A stretch of 64,000 bases of DNA from Kiritimatiellia bacterium (GTDB taxonomy: Bacteria > Verrucomicrobiota > Kiritimatiellia > JAAZAB01). The notes below the pieces were generated by a model. That model saw only the letters and a program-made list of their open reading frames with translations, did no database searches and was not told the DNA's origin. The DNA lies in contig JAXGPF010000003.1 in the NCBI GenBank assembly GCA_040767085.1, positions 288,001 through 352,000 on the forward strand, in the 5' to 3' direction. The position numbers and the translations under genes were made by a program. This document shows, piece after piece, positions 38,161 to 47,765 of the stretch (its first letter is position 1; each line of letters starts with the position of its first letter).

Positions 38161-39981
38161 TCATTTTTGAATTTCAAATGCCGGATTCAGGTTCAACAAT
38201 GTTTTGGTGACCTTGCAGGGCGCGCGCCCCAGGTTCAGTATGCCGTAGCGTCCGACCGCGGCCGGGACTACCGTCATTTCGCAGAATTTCGGGCGGTAAA
38301 ACCGCGCGGGATTTTCCAGGGAATACACCAGGACTTCCTCGCCTTCCACCAGCGCCAGCACGTGGAACTTGCCGGCGGTATCGTCCTGAACCGACCGATC
38401 GAATTCCAAACGCCGCAGCGAAAAGAAAATATCCGGATGCTCCCCCAGCAGGACTTCCCGCCAGCCCGGGCCTTCCCGCAATGTTCTGGGCTGGGGCCGC
38501 AGCACGCCGTCAAGCGCGCCGCGCCGGCAGGCCTGGTTCATGACCGTCCGGCCGTGCAAGGAGTGAATGGGCCGCGGATTCCCGTCCAAGTCCAGCCGCA
38601 GGTAATCATACATCTTGAAGGTGTAAGACCCGACCGTGCACGACCCGATTTCCAGCACCACCTGGTTGCGCCCCGAGGCGTGCAGCGTGCCGCCGGGCAG
38701 GAGGAACTGATCGCCCTTGCGGCTTTCGAAATAATTGACGTATTGCTCGTAATCGAAAGGTATTTTTTCGGTCTCCGCCTGGCGGATTTTTTCGAAAAAC
38801 TCCGGCACATCCGCATCATCGCGCAATCCGAGGTACGTGCGCGAGCCGGCCGTCTCGACCACGTAATAACTTTCATCCTGCTGAAACGGCTCGCTGAAAT
38901 GTTGCTTGGCGTAGCCGGCGGGCGGATGCACCTGGACCGACATGTTGCCGGCGCCGCCGTAGGTATCGTCGTAATTGAAGCGGATGGGGAACATCCGGCC
39001 GAATCGCTGGACGCTTTCGACGCCCATGACGGCCTCGGCCTCGGCCTTGAAGAACATCGGGAACGGAAATTCCATGACCGCCTGGCCCACCTTGGCCAGC
39101 AGGCTGACTTCATTGGGAATCATGTCAAAAACCCAGGCGCAGTTTTTCATGCCATCCGGCAGGCGGCGCAGCCGCTTGATGAACTGGCCGCCCCAGACGC
39201 CCTCGATATACACCGGCTTGCAGCGGAACGGCTGGCGCGCCAGGGCCGCCAGGGTCTGGCGGAAAGCGCCGGCCGGCAGGGCCTTCAGCCGGGCGGGCTG
39301 ATTGGCGTCAACGTAGAAATCCAGGGCATGGTCCTGGATCAGCGCCTGGCGGTGGCGCGCCATGATCTCGTAGTCGTAATAATACAGCCGGCGGAAAACA
39401 TGACGGAGCCCGCGGCCGGGCCGGTCGCCCAGGGGCAGCACCTCTCCCGCCAGCACGCGCAAGGTGGCCTGGAGCGGCGCGACATCGAAATAAACGACCA
39501 TCCCGCCCAAGTCCTTGAGCAGGGCGGCGCCGCAACCGTAAACACAGATAACCTCGCGGCTGCCGGGATGCAATCCCGTCCGTAATTTTTCAAGCTTCGT
39601 CTGATCAAACAGGGTTGCAAGGCAGCCGTGAAATATTTTGCCGAACAGCAACACCGGGTCAATTTCTTTGTCCAGCGGCAGGTTTGCCGCCAGCATGGCA
39701 TCCAATTCCGCGGACGTTTTATGGCAATCGGCGATGTTGACGGCCGTCAAGGTCAATCCCCGGCCGGCCAGCTTCTGCCGGAAGATGCCCAAAAACGCAT
39801 CCCACCCGGCGCCGATATGGCCATCCAGCAAAACGATCCGGCTGGCGGGCATGGCGTCGGACAGTTTACCCGCCAGGGCATCATTGCCGTTCACCAGCGA
39901 CTTGACGATATCATCCGGCAACGGGGGCTGATTCAGGGCGCTGAGATCGTCATAAGGATACGGATTGAACATGAAACTCAT
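38161..39981 (-). CDS. Class I mannose-6-phosphate isomerase-like cupin with an N-terminal extension
   Basis: PVYIEGVWGG, FPIRFNYDDT, MSVQVHP, QDESYY, PGGTLHASG..VVLEI. Confidence 0.8.
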   Translation of the reverse strand: MSFMFNPYPYDDLSALNQPPLPDDIVKSLVNGNDALAGKLSDAMPASRIVLLDGHIGAGWDAFLGIFRQKLAGRGLTLTAVNIADCHKTSAELDAMLAANLPLDKEIDPVLLFGKIFHGCLATLFDQTKLEKLRTGLHPGSREVICVYGCGAALLKDLGGMVVYFDVAPLQATLRVLAGEVLPLGDRPGRGLRHVFRRLYYYDYEIMARHRQALIQDHALDFYVDANQPARLKALPAGAFRQTLAALARQPFRCKPVYIEGVWGGQFIKRLRRLPDGMKNCAWVFDMIPNEVSLLAKVGQAVMEFPFPMFFKAEAEAVMGVESVQRFGRMFPIRFNYDDTYGGAGNMSVQVHPPAGYAKQHFSEPFQQDESYYVVETAGSRTYLGLRDDADVPEFFEKIRQAETEKIPFDYEQYVNYFESRKGDQFLLPGGTLHASGRNQVVLEIGSCTVGSYTFKMYDYLRLDLDGNPRPIHSLHGRTVMNQACRRGALDGVLRPQPRTLREGPGWREVLLGEHPDIFFSLRRLEFDRSVQDDTAGKFHVLALVEGEEVLVYSLENPARFYRPKFCEMTVVPAAVGRYGILNLGRAPCKVTKTLLNLNPAFEIQK

Positions 39982-40122
39982 ATTTTTGTTCCTTGAATAG
40001 GCTGCGCCATTCTCTTAAAAGTCGGTACGCCACGTCAGCGGAAAAAGTGACTAATTGCTCCGATCTGAGATCGGAGTGATGTGGGAAAGCCTGCCCTGCT
40101 ATCTCGTCAGCCTTTTCCGCGG

Positions 40123-40148
40123 GTAGGGCGAACTCTCCGAGTGAGCCG
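40123..40148 (+). repeat. GTAG-type REP-like hairpin
   Basis: GTAG-GGC-GA-ACTC-TCC-GAGT-GA-GCC-G in the gap between the GH and PMI genes. Confidence 0.5.
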
Positions 40149-40178
40149 TGCCAGACGGCGCGCCCATGGTATTATTCC

Positions 40179-43100
40179 TTATATGATACCGCCCTCCATT
40201 GTTCCGCTAAATTTTTCTTTGCGTTCCTTGCGTTCTTTTGCGGTGATATTTTGGTTTTCATCCGAAAAAACAGAAAACTCGAAAACCTCGCCGAACCGGC
40301 CGCGGCCTTCCGCTTCCAGGCACAGTTTTAATTTCAAGTGCTTTTCGATCTTGCCCAGCGGCACCGGCCCGATTTCAACGTCGTCAAACCGCGCGACATC
40401 GCGCGGGACCGGCCAGCGGATTGCCAGGTCCGATCCCGGCAACGCCGCCAGGTAAACGTCGCCTGGCCGGCCGGCTGATCCTGGCGCCAGCCAGCGCGCC
40501 TCCTGGGTATTGCCGACGCCCAGGCGCAAGGACAGCAACGCGCCGCGCGGGACCTTGACGGTCGCGCCAGCCGCCACATCCCAGGTTTGCCCGGCGTCAT
40601 CCGACAAGACCACCCCGTTGAACTCCGCGTTCAGGTATTTCAGCGGGTTATTGCCGTTATACGGCGTGTTGCCGACGGCGACCAGCGGCGTATTGGCCGA
40701 GTCGGTGCCGGTTCCGGCCGTCCGGACTCCCAGGCATTTCCCGGCCTTGGCGGCGGCGGCATAAGCGTCGCGGCCGGCGCCAAAACAGATTCCGGCATAC
40801 CCGCCGGCATGGGCGTCGCGGTCAACCTCAAACCATGTTTCCGGAACGGGCCGGCGCCTTGGCCGGGTGAATGCGGGCACCATTTTCACCATGGATGCGG
40901 CGGCAGGGCGCAATGTGCCGTCGGGCTCCACCAGGCCGAAGTCGCCCAAATCGCGCCCGCGGGGCCCGCCGCTCCACCACCAGGGGGCCAGGCCATTGCA
41001 GCCGCTGGCGACGATCATCTCGTAAAACTGGCGCATCAGGGCATCCTGCTCCAGGAGTTTCTCATGGAAGGGGCGCAAGGCCGACCAGTTCCAGAAAAGC
41101 TGCCGGGCATACTTGTTGCCGATCAGGCTCATGCCGAATTCCATCCAGACAATCGGCTTGCCGTTGCCGGTGAAATCGAGCAGCCGGGAAGTGAAGCAGG
41201 CGGCGTTGAACCCGTCCGCACCCAGGCGGAAGTCGTAGCCTTCCGGCGAGAGAAAGTCCACGTGTTTGCACGCGGCGGTGCAGGAAACGTTGTTCGCGGT
41301 AATGTGTCCCATGCGGTAGGTCAGCAGTTGACGCGGGGCATGGCGGCGGATATCGCGCGCGGCGGCATTCCATTTTTGATTCAGAAAATCATCCATGAAC
41401 CGGCGATAGGCCGCCACCATGATCCGCCAGGGCCCGTCTTCGCGCCAGTGCCCGGCGTCCGGGGCAATCACCGCGCCGCGGGCATCGCGATGGGCGGGGA
41501 CGCCCCAATCGCGCTCGGCGTTTTCAATCGAGCCGTAGCGCTCCGCGACCCAGGCGCGCCAGGGCGCGTCCCAATAGCCGCGGTACTTGTCCAGCAGCGG
41601 GCACCCGCCCAGTTCCCAGATCATATCGTAACAGATGACGGTCGGATCGTCCTGGATGCCGGTAGCCTCGAAAAATTGCCGCACCGCTTCCGGGCTGTAA
41701 TAAAGCGGCGACATGCCCTCCGGCCAGCCCAGTCCTACCCGGATTTTATGCCAGCGGCAGCGCTCCAGGAAATCCAGCAGGTGCGGAATGGAATGATCGA
41801 AGACATTGCCGTCCAGGCGCGTGATGATAAAATTGATGCCGCATTGCTCCATCAATTCCAGGTCGCGATCCACTTCCACCTGGTCGTAATATTTGTCGGT
41901 CAGCCAGCCGTACCAGTTTTCAACCTCCTCGACGCCGGCAAAGAACAGCGGCCAGTAATTCATGCCGACCGGGTACCAGGGCCGGCCCTTGAGCATAAAG
42001 TTGCCGCCTTCAACCCGGACAAACTCCTCCGCCGCCGGCCGCCGCGGCGCCAGCAGCATGGTTTCGTGTTCGATCGCATCCACCGGCGCGCCTTCATAAC
42101 AAAGGGTGACTTTCACCCGGTAGGCCACCCCCGGCCGCAAATCCGCCGGGCAGGGACAGCGGCAATCGGAGATGTTGCGGGGGCCGGCCAGCAAGGCCGC
42201 CTCCTGCTCCAGCGCCGGCGCGCCGGGGGCGGAGAGCGTAAAGCGCAGTTTGACCGGCAGATAATCCTGCCGCGTGTTGAGCACCCGGGCGCCGAACGCC
42301 GGCGTTTCGCCCGCGCGGTAAACGAAGGCGTCGCAGCCGCCCTCAAAAAGGAAGAGGCCGCGCAGCAGATGGTCGAGCATGGCGGCAAGCAAAGCCTCAA
42401 ATCCCGGGATGTCCAGCGGTTGCGGGTGGGTGAAACCGATCCCGGCCGCGGCAGAGCCGGTGATGGCGGCCCCGACGGAGTTGGGCCGCGTGCCGCCCAG
42501 GCTGAACGGGAAATTAAAAGTATCGTTCAACATGAAGAATGCGGCCGCGCCGCGCCGGCCGCCGGCGCGGCCGCCCTCCCCCAGGCACTGCAATACCGGC
42601 GCATACCGGGTTTTACGGCGCTGCCCATAGCCCTGGCCATGCGGACGGGGCGCCGGACAGATCACGTCCAGCGGCAGACCGGAACCAACCGCGCCGTTGA
42701 AGACGAACTGGCCCGGCTCGGCCATGAACCGGGTTTGCCCTGGCAGCGCATAGACCTTGTAAGTGGGCGCAAAGCCCTCAAGCAAAACCGGCGGCATCGC
42801 GCCGCTGAAAGTAGCGTCGAGGCAGTTCCGGCCGTAATCGCATTCCCGGTATTGGCCGTCAACCAGCTTCACCAGGCTGTTGAACAGCGGCCCGCCCAGG
42901 ACCAGCAACTGCCCGCCGCGCTCGGCATAGGCCTGCAAATCCGCGGCCGCATCCGCCGGAAAAGACACGGCCTGGGTGATGATCAGGACCGCGCATTCAA
43001 TGCCGCCCTGTATTTTCCTGGTCGCGGCGCTGAATTCGGCGACGGTGAGGCGTTGGACATTATACCCCATTTCCGCCAGGCGGCCGGCCAGCCGTTCCGC

Positions 43101-43187
43101 CGCTGCCGGGTCGCACCGCGGCAGCTTATCCACGATGATCCCGACCCGGTCTTCCGCCAGGTGTTGGGCATGATTCATTTGTGTCAT
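40179..43187 (-). CDS. Large glycoside hydrolase-like protein (clan GH-A, GH5/GH42-like core)
   Basis: FVRVEGGNFMLKGRPWYPVGMNYWP, YDMIWE, RYGSIENAE..WG, VDFLSPEGY, KPIVWMEFG, DFGLVEPDGT.RP; no obvious signal peptide. Confidence 0.7.
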   Translation of the reverse strand: MTQMNHAQHLAEDRVGIIVDKLPRCDPAAAERLAGRLAEMGYNVQRLTVAEFSAATRKIQGGIECAVLIITQAVSFPADAAADLQAYAERGGQLLVLGGPLFNSLVKLVDGQYRECDYGRNCLDATFSGAMPPVLLEGFAPTYKVYALPGQTRFMAEPGQFVFNGAVGSGLPLDVICPAPRPHGQGYGQRRKTRYAPVLQCLGEGGRAGGRRGAAAFFMLNDTFNFPFSLGGTRPNSVGAAITGSAAAGIGFTHPQPLDIPGFEALLAAMLDHLLRGLFLFEGGCDAFVYRAGETPAFGARVLNTRQDYLPVKLRFTLSAPGAPALEQEAALLAGPRNISDCRCPCPADLRPGVAYRVKVTLCYEGAPVDAIEHETMLLAPRRPAAEEFVRVEGGNFMLKGRPWYPVGMNYWPLFFAGVEEVENWYGWLTDKYYDQVEVDRDLELMEQCGINFIITRLDGNVFDHSIPHLLDFLERCRWHKIRVGLGWPEGMSPLYYSPEAVRQFFEATGIQDDPTVICYDMIWELGGCPLLDKYRGYWDAPWRAWVAERYGSIENAERDWGVPAHRDARGAVIAPDAGHWREDGPWRIMVAAYRRFMDDFLNQKWNAAARDIRRHAPRQLLTYRMGHITANNVSCTAACKHVDFLSPEGYDFRLGADGFNAACFTSRLLDFTGNGKPIVWMEFGMSLIGNKYARQLFWNWSALRPFHEKLLEQDALMRQFYEMIVASGCNGLAPWWWSGGPRGRDLGDFGLVEPDGTLRPAAASMVKMVPAFTRPRRRPVPETWFEVDRDAHAGGYAGICFGAGRDAYAAAAKAGKCLGVRTAGTGTDSANTPLVAVGNTPYNGNNPLKYLNAEFNGVVLSDDAGQTWDVAAGATVKVPRGALLSLRLGVGNTQEARWLAPGSAGRPGDVYLAALPGSDLAIRWPVPRDVARFDDVEIGPVPLGKIEKHLKLKLCLEAEGRGRFGEVFEFSVFSDENQNITAKERKERKEKFSGTMEGGII

Positions 43188-44104
43188 TATGTTTTCCTCT
43201 CCAGAATAAAATCCGCGGCAACCGCCGCTCCCAGGAGCGCGGCCGATTCAGGGTCATCCGCACAAACGATTTGAGCGGCGGATAGCCGTTGGCCTGTCCG
43301 CCCCAGCAGCGTCCCGCTGAACAAATCGAGCGCCCGGGCAACCTGCCCGCCCAGCGCTAAATGCGCCGGCTGAAAATCTTGGAGCAATGGCGCCAGCGCC
43401 TCGCCCAGGATATCGCCCAGCATAAAAAACACCCTGCGGGCAGCCGCGTCGCCCTGGCGCGCCAACTCCGCGATTTCCCGGACGGACGGGCCCGGCAGTC
43501 CGGCGCCGCCGGCATGTTTGCGATATAAATCCACCAGCGCCGGCGCGCCGATGTAGTTTTCCACCTTGCCGGCGCGATATGGCAGCCGCCCCAAGCCCCG
43601 GTCGGGAACACCGCGGCCGGGCGGGATGATCAGCCCGCTTTCCATGAAGGCCGAGCCGATGCCCGTGCCCAGCGTCACCGCCATGACGCGTCCGGCATGC
43701 AGCGCCGGATTAAGCGCCGCCAGCCCCAGCAGGAACGCCTGCGCGTCATGCACAAAGGTTATATCCGCCGGCGCGCCGGCCGGCCAGGCGCGTAGAAATT
43801 CATGCTGCAGGTTGACATTGTAAATTGACCGATACTTGTCTTCCTGCATCAAGCTGACGCCCCGCGCGTAATCCAACGGCCCGCACATCGCCACGCAAAT
43901 CCGGCGGACGACACAATCATGCTCACGCGCCAGATCCAACCCGCGGTTTATCACGCCGCAAAAAGACGCAATGATTTCCCGCGCTGCGCCCCGGGAATTC
44001 ACCGGCGCGGTTGGCAGTCCGGCCATATTCCGCATTGTCGGATCAATCAATGCGGCTTTGACGCAAGTTCCGCCGATATCCATGGCAAGGCAAACGGGCC
44101 GCAT
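43187..44104 (-). CDS. ROK-family sugar kinase
   Basis: MDIGGT..KAALI, GPLDY..G, HDAQAFLLG, TLGTGIGSAF, LGGQVA. Confidence 0.88.
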   Translation of the reverse strand: MRPVCLAMDIGGTCVKAALIDPTMRNMAGLPTAPVNSRGAAREIIASFCGVINRGLDLAREHDCVVRRICVAMCGPLDYARGVSLMQEDKYRSIYNVNLQHEFLRAWPAGAPADITFVHDAQAFLLGLAALNPALHAGRVMAVTLGTGIGSAFMESGLIIPPGRGVPDRGLGRLPYRAGKVENYIGAPALVDLYRKHAGGAGLPGPSVREIAELARQGDAAARRVFFMLGDILGEALAPLLQDFQPAHLALGGQVARALDLFSGTLLGRTGQRLSAAQIVCADDPESAALLGAAVAADFILERKT

Positions 44105-44180
44105 ATGATCATACTCTTAAGACGGCGCCGGCAGCGCCGCAGATTTGACAATTCATTGGGTTTGATTTTGCCCGAAGCGG

Positions 44181-45068
44181 CTATTTTTCCTGAAGCGCCG
44201 GATTCCGGGCCATGGTTTTGCCCAGCATGGCATGCGTGCGCAATATTTTTTCGCCGGCGCGATCCATGGCGCGCATGGTCATGCAAACAATCAGAAAATC
44301 CAGGATCAGCAATTGGGCGATCCGGGACGTCATGGCGCCCAGCCGGAATATTTTTTCATCGGAAGCCGTCAGGAGGCAGACATCCGACATTTGCCCCAGG
44401 CGCGCATGCGGGAAATTGGTCACGCTGATGACCGGCGTTTTTTTCGCGCGCGCCAGCGCGGCCAGGTCGCATACCATCCGGCTTTCGCCGCTGAACGACA
44501 CCGCCAGCACGGCATCCCGCGGCTCGATCAAACCGCAGAATATCCGGGCGAAATCGGCGTCCGGATGATAAATCGCGTTGTATCCCAGGCGCAACAGCTT
44601 GGCGTGGATATCCATGGCCACCATGCCGGAGGCGCCCGCGCCGAGCAAAAATATCCGTCGCGCGCGGGTGAGCAGCCGGACCGCCTGGTTGATGTTGCTT
44701 TCGTCAAGCAGGCTCAGTGTATCGTGCATCACCCGGCTGTTGTGTTCCAGAAAGTCGCGCCGGACTCTGGCAAACGAATCCGGCGGCGAACTTGATTCCG
44801 CCAGGGCCACAGACACCGGCATGAATTCCGACGCCAGGGCCGCCTTCAACTCCGAGAAACCCGCAAAGCCTATTTTCTGGCAGAAGCGGATGATCAAGGA
44901 ATCGTCGCAGCCACAATCCCGGGCGATTTCCCGCGCCTTGTGCCGGACAATGCGATCGGGGGCCGCCAGGATATAATCCGCGATCCTGCGGTACTTGCCG
45001 GTCAACCCGGGATACCGATGCTTGATTTTCAGCAGGGTTTTGGGTGTGATGATCATACCAGCCGGCAT
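44181..45068 (-). CDS. RpiR/MurR-family transcriptional regulator (HTH + SIS)
   Basis: IADYIL...SLIIRFCQKIGFAGFSELK, GAGASG, SFSGES, AMTSRIAQLLILDFL. Confidence 0.92.
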   Translation of the reverse strand: MPAGMIITPKTLLKIKHRYPGLTGKYRRIADYILAAPDRIVRHKAREIARDCGCDDSLIIRFCQKIGFAGFSELKAALASEFMPVSVALAESSSPPDSFARVRRDFLEHNSRVMHDTLSLLDESNINQAVRLLTRARRIFLLGAGASGMVAMDIHAKLLRLGYNAIYHPDADFARIFCGLIEPRDAVLAVSFSGESRMVCDLAALARAKKTPVISVTNFPHARLGQMSDVCLLTASDEKIFRLGAMTSRIAQLLILDFLIVCMTMRAMDRAGEKILRTHAMLGKTMARNPALQEK

Positions 45069-45092
45069 TCATTAATATTGCATGTATTAATA

Positions 45093-45121
45093 TTTATATT
45101 CAATTACGCTGAATATGTCAA
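45093..45121 (-). promoter_or_regulatory. Sigma70-like promoter of the rpiR operon with an overlapping palindrome
   Basis: Minus strand TTGACA-N17-TATAAA; ATATTCA-N7-TGAATAT at 45096-45116. Confidence 0.7.
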
Positions 45122-45230
45122 CACGAATCCCCCGCCACACGAATCCGTCCGGCGGGATGGCCTTTGACGGGGTGATCCGGCAGGATGGTCCGTGCCGGTA
45201 AGACAGGGCTGGCTGGTTCGGCTTCAGCGG

Positions 45231-46313
45231 TTATGATGCCGCTACGGCATAGCGGCCGGGATTTTCGCGGGCATGGCGGTCCAGTCCGTCCATGATCGCC
45301 CGGCAACTATCCCGCCAGCGGTCTTCGGGAATATCCTCGGTGATGCCCATGATGATGCCGCGCGGATCGGGAACCTGCTCCATCAGATCATAAGCAGTCC
45401 GCTCGACTTCGGCGTCCGGGCGTAGATGCACGGACGATGGAAAATTCATCCAGATGACCTTGTCCGGCCAGGCCGCGCGGGCCGCGCCCAATGTCATGTC
45501 GGTGTCCGGCGCGGGGGTAAAGGCCTCGATATAATCCAGGTCGGTTTCGGCAATGACCTGCCTTAACAGCCCGCAATTGGCGTCATAATGGCAGCCGATC
45601 AGCTTGCCGTGCTGGTGCATGATTTCAGCAGCTTCATGGTAATGCGGTGTGTAATATTTCCGGAAATCTTCCGGCCCGATGATTTCCGGCACCACATTGC
45701 CGCCGTAATTGGCGTGCAGGCAGGGCGAAGCGGCAATCAGGGGATAAATTTTGCGGCGTTGTTCAACGACCGCGTCATACAGCGCAAGGATTTCGTCGCG
45801 CCGGTCCATCCACTCGATGCAGAAGGTCGCCATGTCAATATACTGCCCCGAAATCAGGGTTTGCAGCGGCTCCAGGCCGAAACTGGTGCGGAAAATGACA
45901 TCGTTGCCGGCTCTTTCCCGCGCCTGCACAAACGCATCATAACAAGGCGCGTATTGCTCGTCTTCGATCAGGAATTTTATCACCTTGTAATCATCGGGCG
46001 ATTTAAACAGGCGTTCATGAACCCAGGAGGTAAATCCGGCCGGCTCCCGCAGGGCGGAAACTGTTCCTACCGGCGTTTCATACCAGCGGCGGATGAGATT
46101 TTTCCCGTTTTCAACAAAATGTTCTTCCCGGATTTTTACATGGGGTTGACATGTCCGCACCACCGGGACGGCCCTGTTCACGATGCACAAGCCCCGGTTG
46201 CGCATTGCGCGCTCAGCCTCGCATTGTGGAATTTTGGCGCTGTAAATGGTGAACGGAACCTTGTCGGCGCATCCGCCCCGCAGGGCAATTTCCACTCGTT
46301 CGCGCGGTGTCAT
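45231..46313 (-). CDS. URO-D-like fold hypothetical protein
   Basis: MTPRERV..AL.G...DKVP, ETPVG, IIGPEDF.KYY.P.Y......H..GK....H.D, IEAFTP.PD.D. Confidence 0.7.
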   Translation of the reverse strand: MTPRERVEIALRGGCADKVPFTIYSAKIPQCEAERAMRNRGLCIVNRAVPVVRTCQPHVKIREEHFVENGKNLIRRWYETPVGTVSALREPAGFTSWVHERLFKSPDDYKVIKFLIEDEQYAPCYDAFVQARERAGNDVIFRTSFGLEPLQTLISGQYIDMATFCIEWMDRRDEILALYDAVVEQRRKIYPLIAASPCLHANYGGNVVPEIIGPEDFRKYYTPHYHEAAEIMHQHGKLIGCHYDANCGLLRQVIAETDLDYIEAFTPAPDTDMTLGAARAAWPDKVIWMNFPSSVHLRPDAEVERTAYDLMEQVPDPRGIIMGITEDIPEDRWRDSCRAIMDGLDRHARENPGRYAVAAS

Positions 46314-46410
46314 GAATAATCTCTCCCCTATCAACCGAACAATATTGCTTGACAACCGGCAATCTATATTTTCATATATGTATTGTAAATGGAGTTTATT
46401 GCTGACCGAT

Positions 46411-47253
46411 ATGGAATATATTGCCGGCGGCGAAAAAAGTTTGCAGGTGGTTTTCCATCGTTCGGAGATTTCCGCGCGGATGGGCGTCGAGCTGCTTACC
46501 GGCGGAATATTATTCGCCAGGGAGTTTTATCACTGCCGGCCGCGAGTCCGGAACGATTTTCTCATCCTGCTGACCTTGCACGGCGCAGCGTGGGTGCGCG
46601 AAGGCGCCCGACGCCGTAATCTGCAGGCGGGGGACTGGTTCGTGTTGCGGCCGGGGATCGAGCATGAATATGACTGCGTTTCGCCATGGTCGTTCGCCTA
46701 CGCGCATGCGAATGGCGCGCTCCTGCGCCGCCTGGTGGAGCAACTGGCGTTTTTCCGGAACGAAAACCTCGGGTTCCGCCAGCGGTCGCACCATGGCAAG
46801 ATGCTGCTGGTTGAGCTGGTCAAAAGAGGCGCCGCCGCCACCTCCGGCGCCGAGGCCGCCTGCAATGCCCTGCTGATCCAGCTCCTGGTAATCTTGCAGG
46901 AAGACCGCCTGGATGAAAAGCGGCGCTCGGATAACCTGGCGCTCGCCCGCAAATTCATGGAAGAGCATTGCGGCGAACCGCTTCGCCTGGCGGATATAGC
47001 CGCCGCGGCGGGCATGTCGCCTTACCATTTTTGCAGGATGTTTAACGCCGCCGCCGGACTGCCGCCCTTGCGTTACCTTCAGAAATACCGGATCGAGCAG
47101 GCCGGCCGCATACTGCAAACGCCTGGCGCGTCCATCGGTGACGCGGCCGAATCCGCGGGATTCGCCGACCGCCTGTATTTTTCCAAAGTCTTCCGCAAGT
47201 GGACAGGCATGACGCCATCCGAATACCGCGCGCTGGTCCAACACCAGGATTGA
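46411..47253 (+). CDS. AraC-family transcriptional regulator
   Basis: Cupin N-terminus and LADIAAAAGMSPYHFCRMF...GF.DRLYFSKVFRKWTGMTPSEYR; start inferred at ATG 46411. Confidence 0.9.
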   Translation: MEYIAGGEKSLQVVFHRSEISARMGVELLTGGILFAREFYHCRPRVRNDFLILLTLHGAAWVREGARRRNLQAGDWFVLRPGIEHEYDCVSPWSFAYAHANGALLRRLVEQLAFFRNENLGFRQRSHHGKMLLVELVKRGAAATSGAEAACNALLIQLLVILQEDRLDEKRRSDNLALARKFMEEHCGEPLRLADIAAAAGMSPYHFCRMFNAAAGLPPLRYLQKYRIEQAGRILQTPGASIGDAAESAGFADRLYFSKVFRKWTGMTPSEYRALVQHQD

Positions 47254-47522
47254 CCCGGTCAGTCATCGAATCCCAATCAGGGCGCCGGCGAGAACGTGCT
47301 CGCAACATCCCATGTCCGGCTCGCTATTGTCAACTGTGCGGCAGCCGTGAGGCACGACGGCCATGCAACAGCCGACGGCGGCAGCATCGAAAAAGACGGG
47401 GCAGCACGGAGACTGCGCGCTGTTATTTGCCATCAAGCCGGCAATGCTCTTCTTCGTGCTTTTCGTGATTTATATTTACCCGGAATCGGAACTGAATATG
47501 GCAAACGAAACCGGCGGCATGA

Positions 47523-47732
47523 TTACCCCGGCGGTATGGGCGGATTACCGCTCATAAACGCCTTCTCCGAGTATGCGCTCGACTCCGCCCCGCCATATTT
47601 GAATTCGGCGCAAGTATCCCGTTCTGGCGGATTCAAGGCAATGACAAATGATTCTTCATCAAACGCGCGTTTGTAAACAAACGGATAACCGCCTTGTTCG
47701 CGATGCAATATTTCCAAGGCCCCTTGCGGCAT
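47523..47732 (-). pseudogene. Possible remnant of a GH13 (alpha-amylase-family) C-terminal domain
   Basis: GALEILH..QGGYPFVYKR....ESFVIALNP resembles GH13 C-terminal beta-domain starts; the catalytic domain is absent. Confidence 0.35.
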
Positions 47733-47765
47733 AATCCATTTGCTGTCGTGACGGTGAAAATATAT

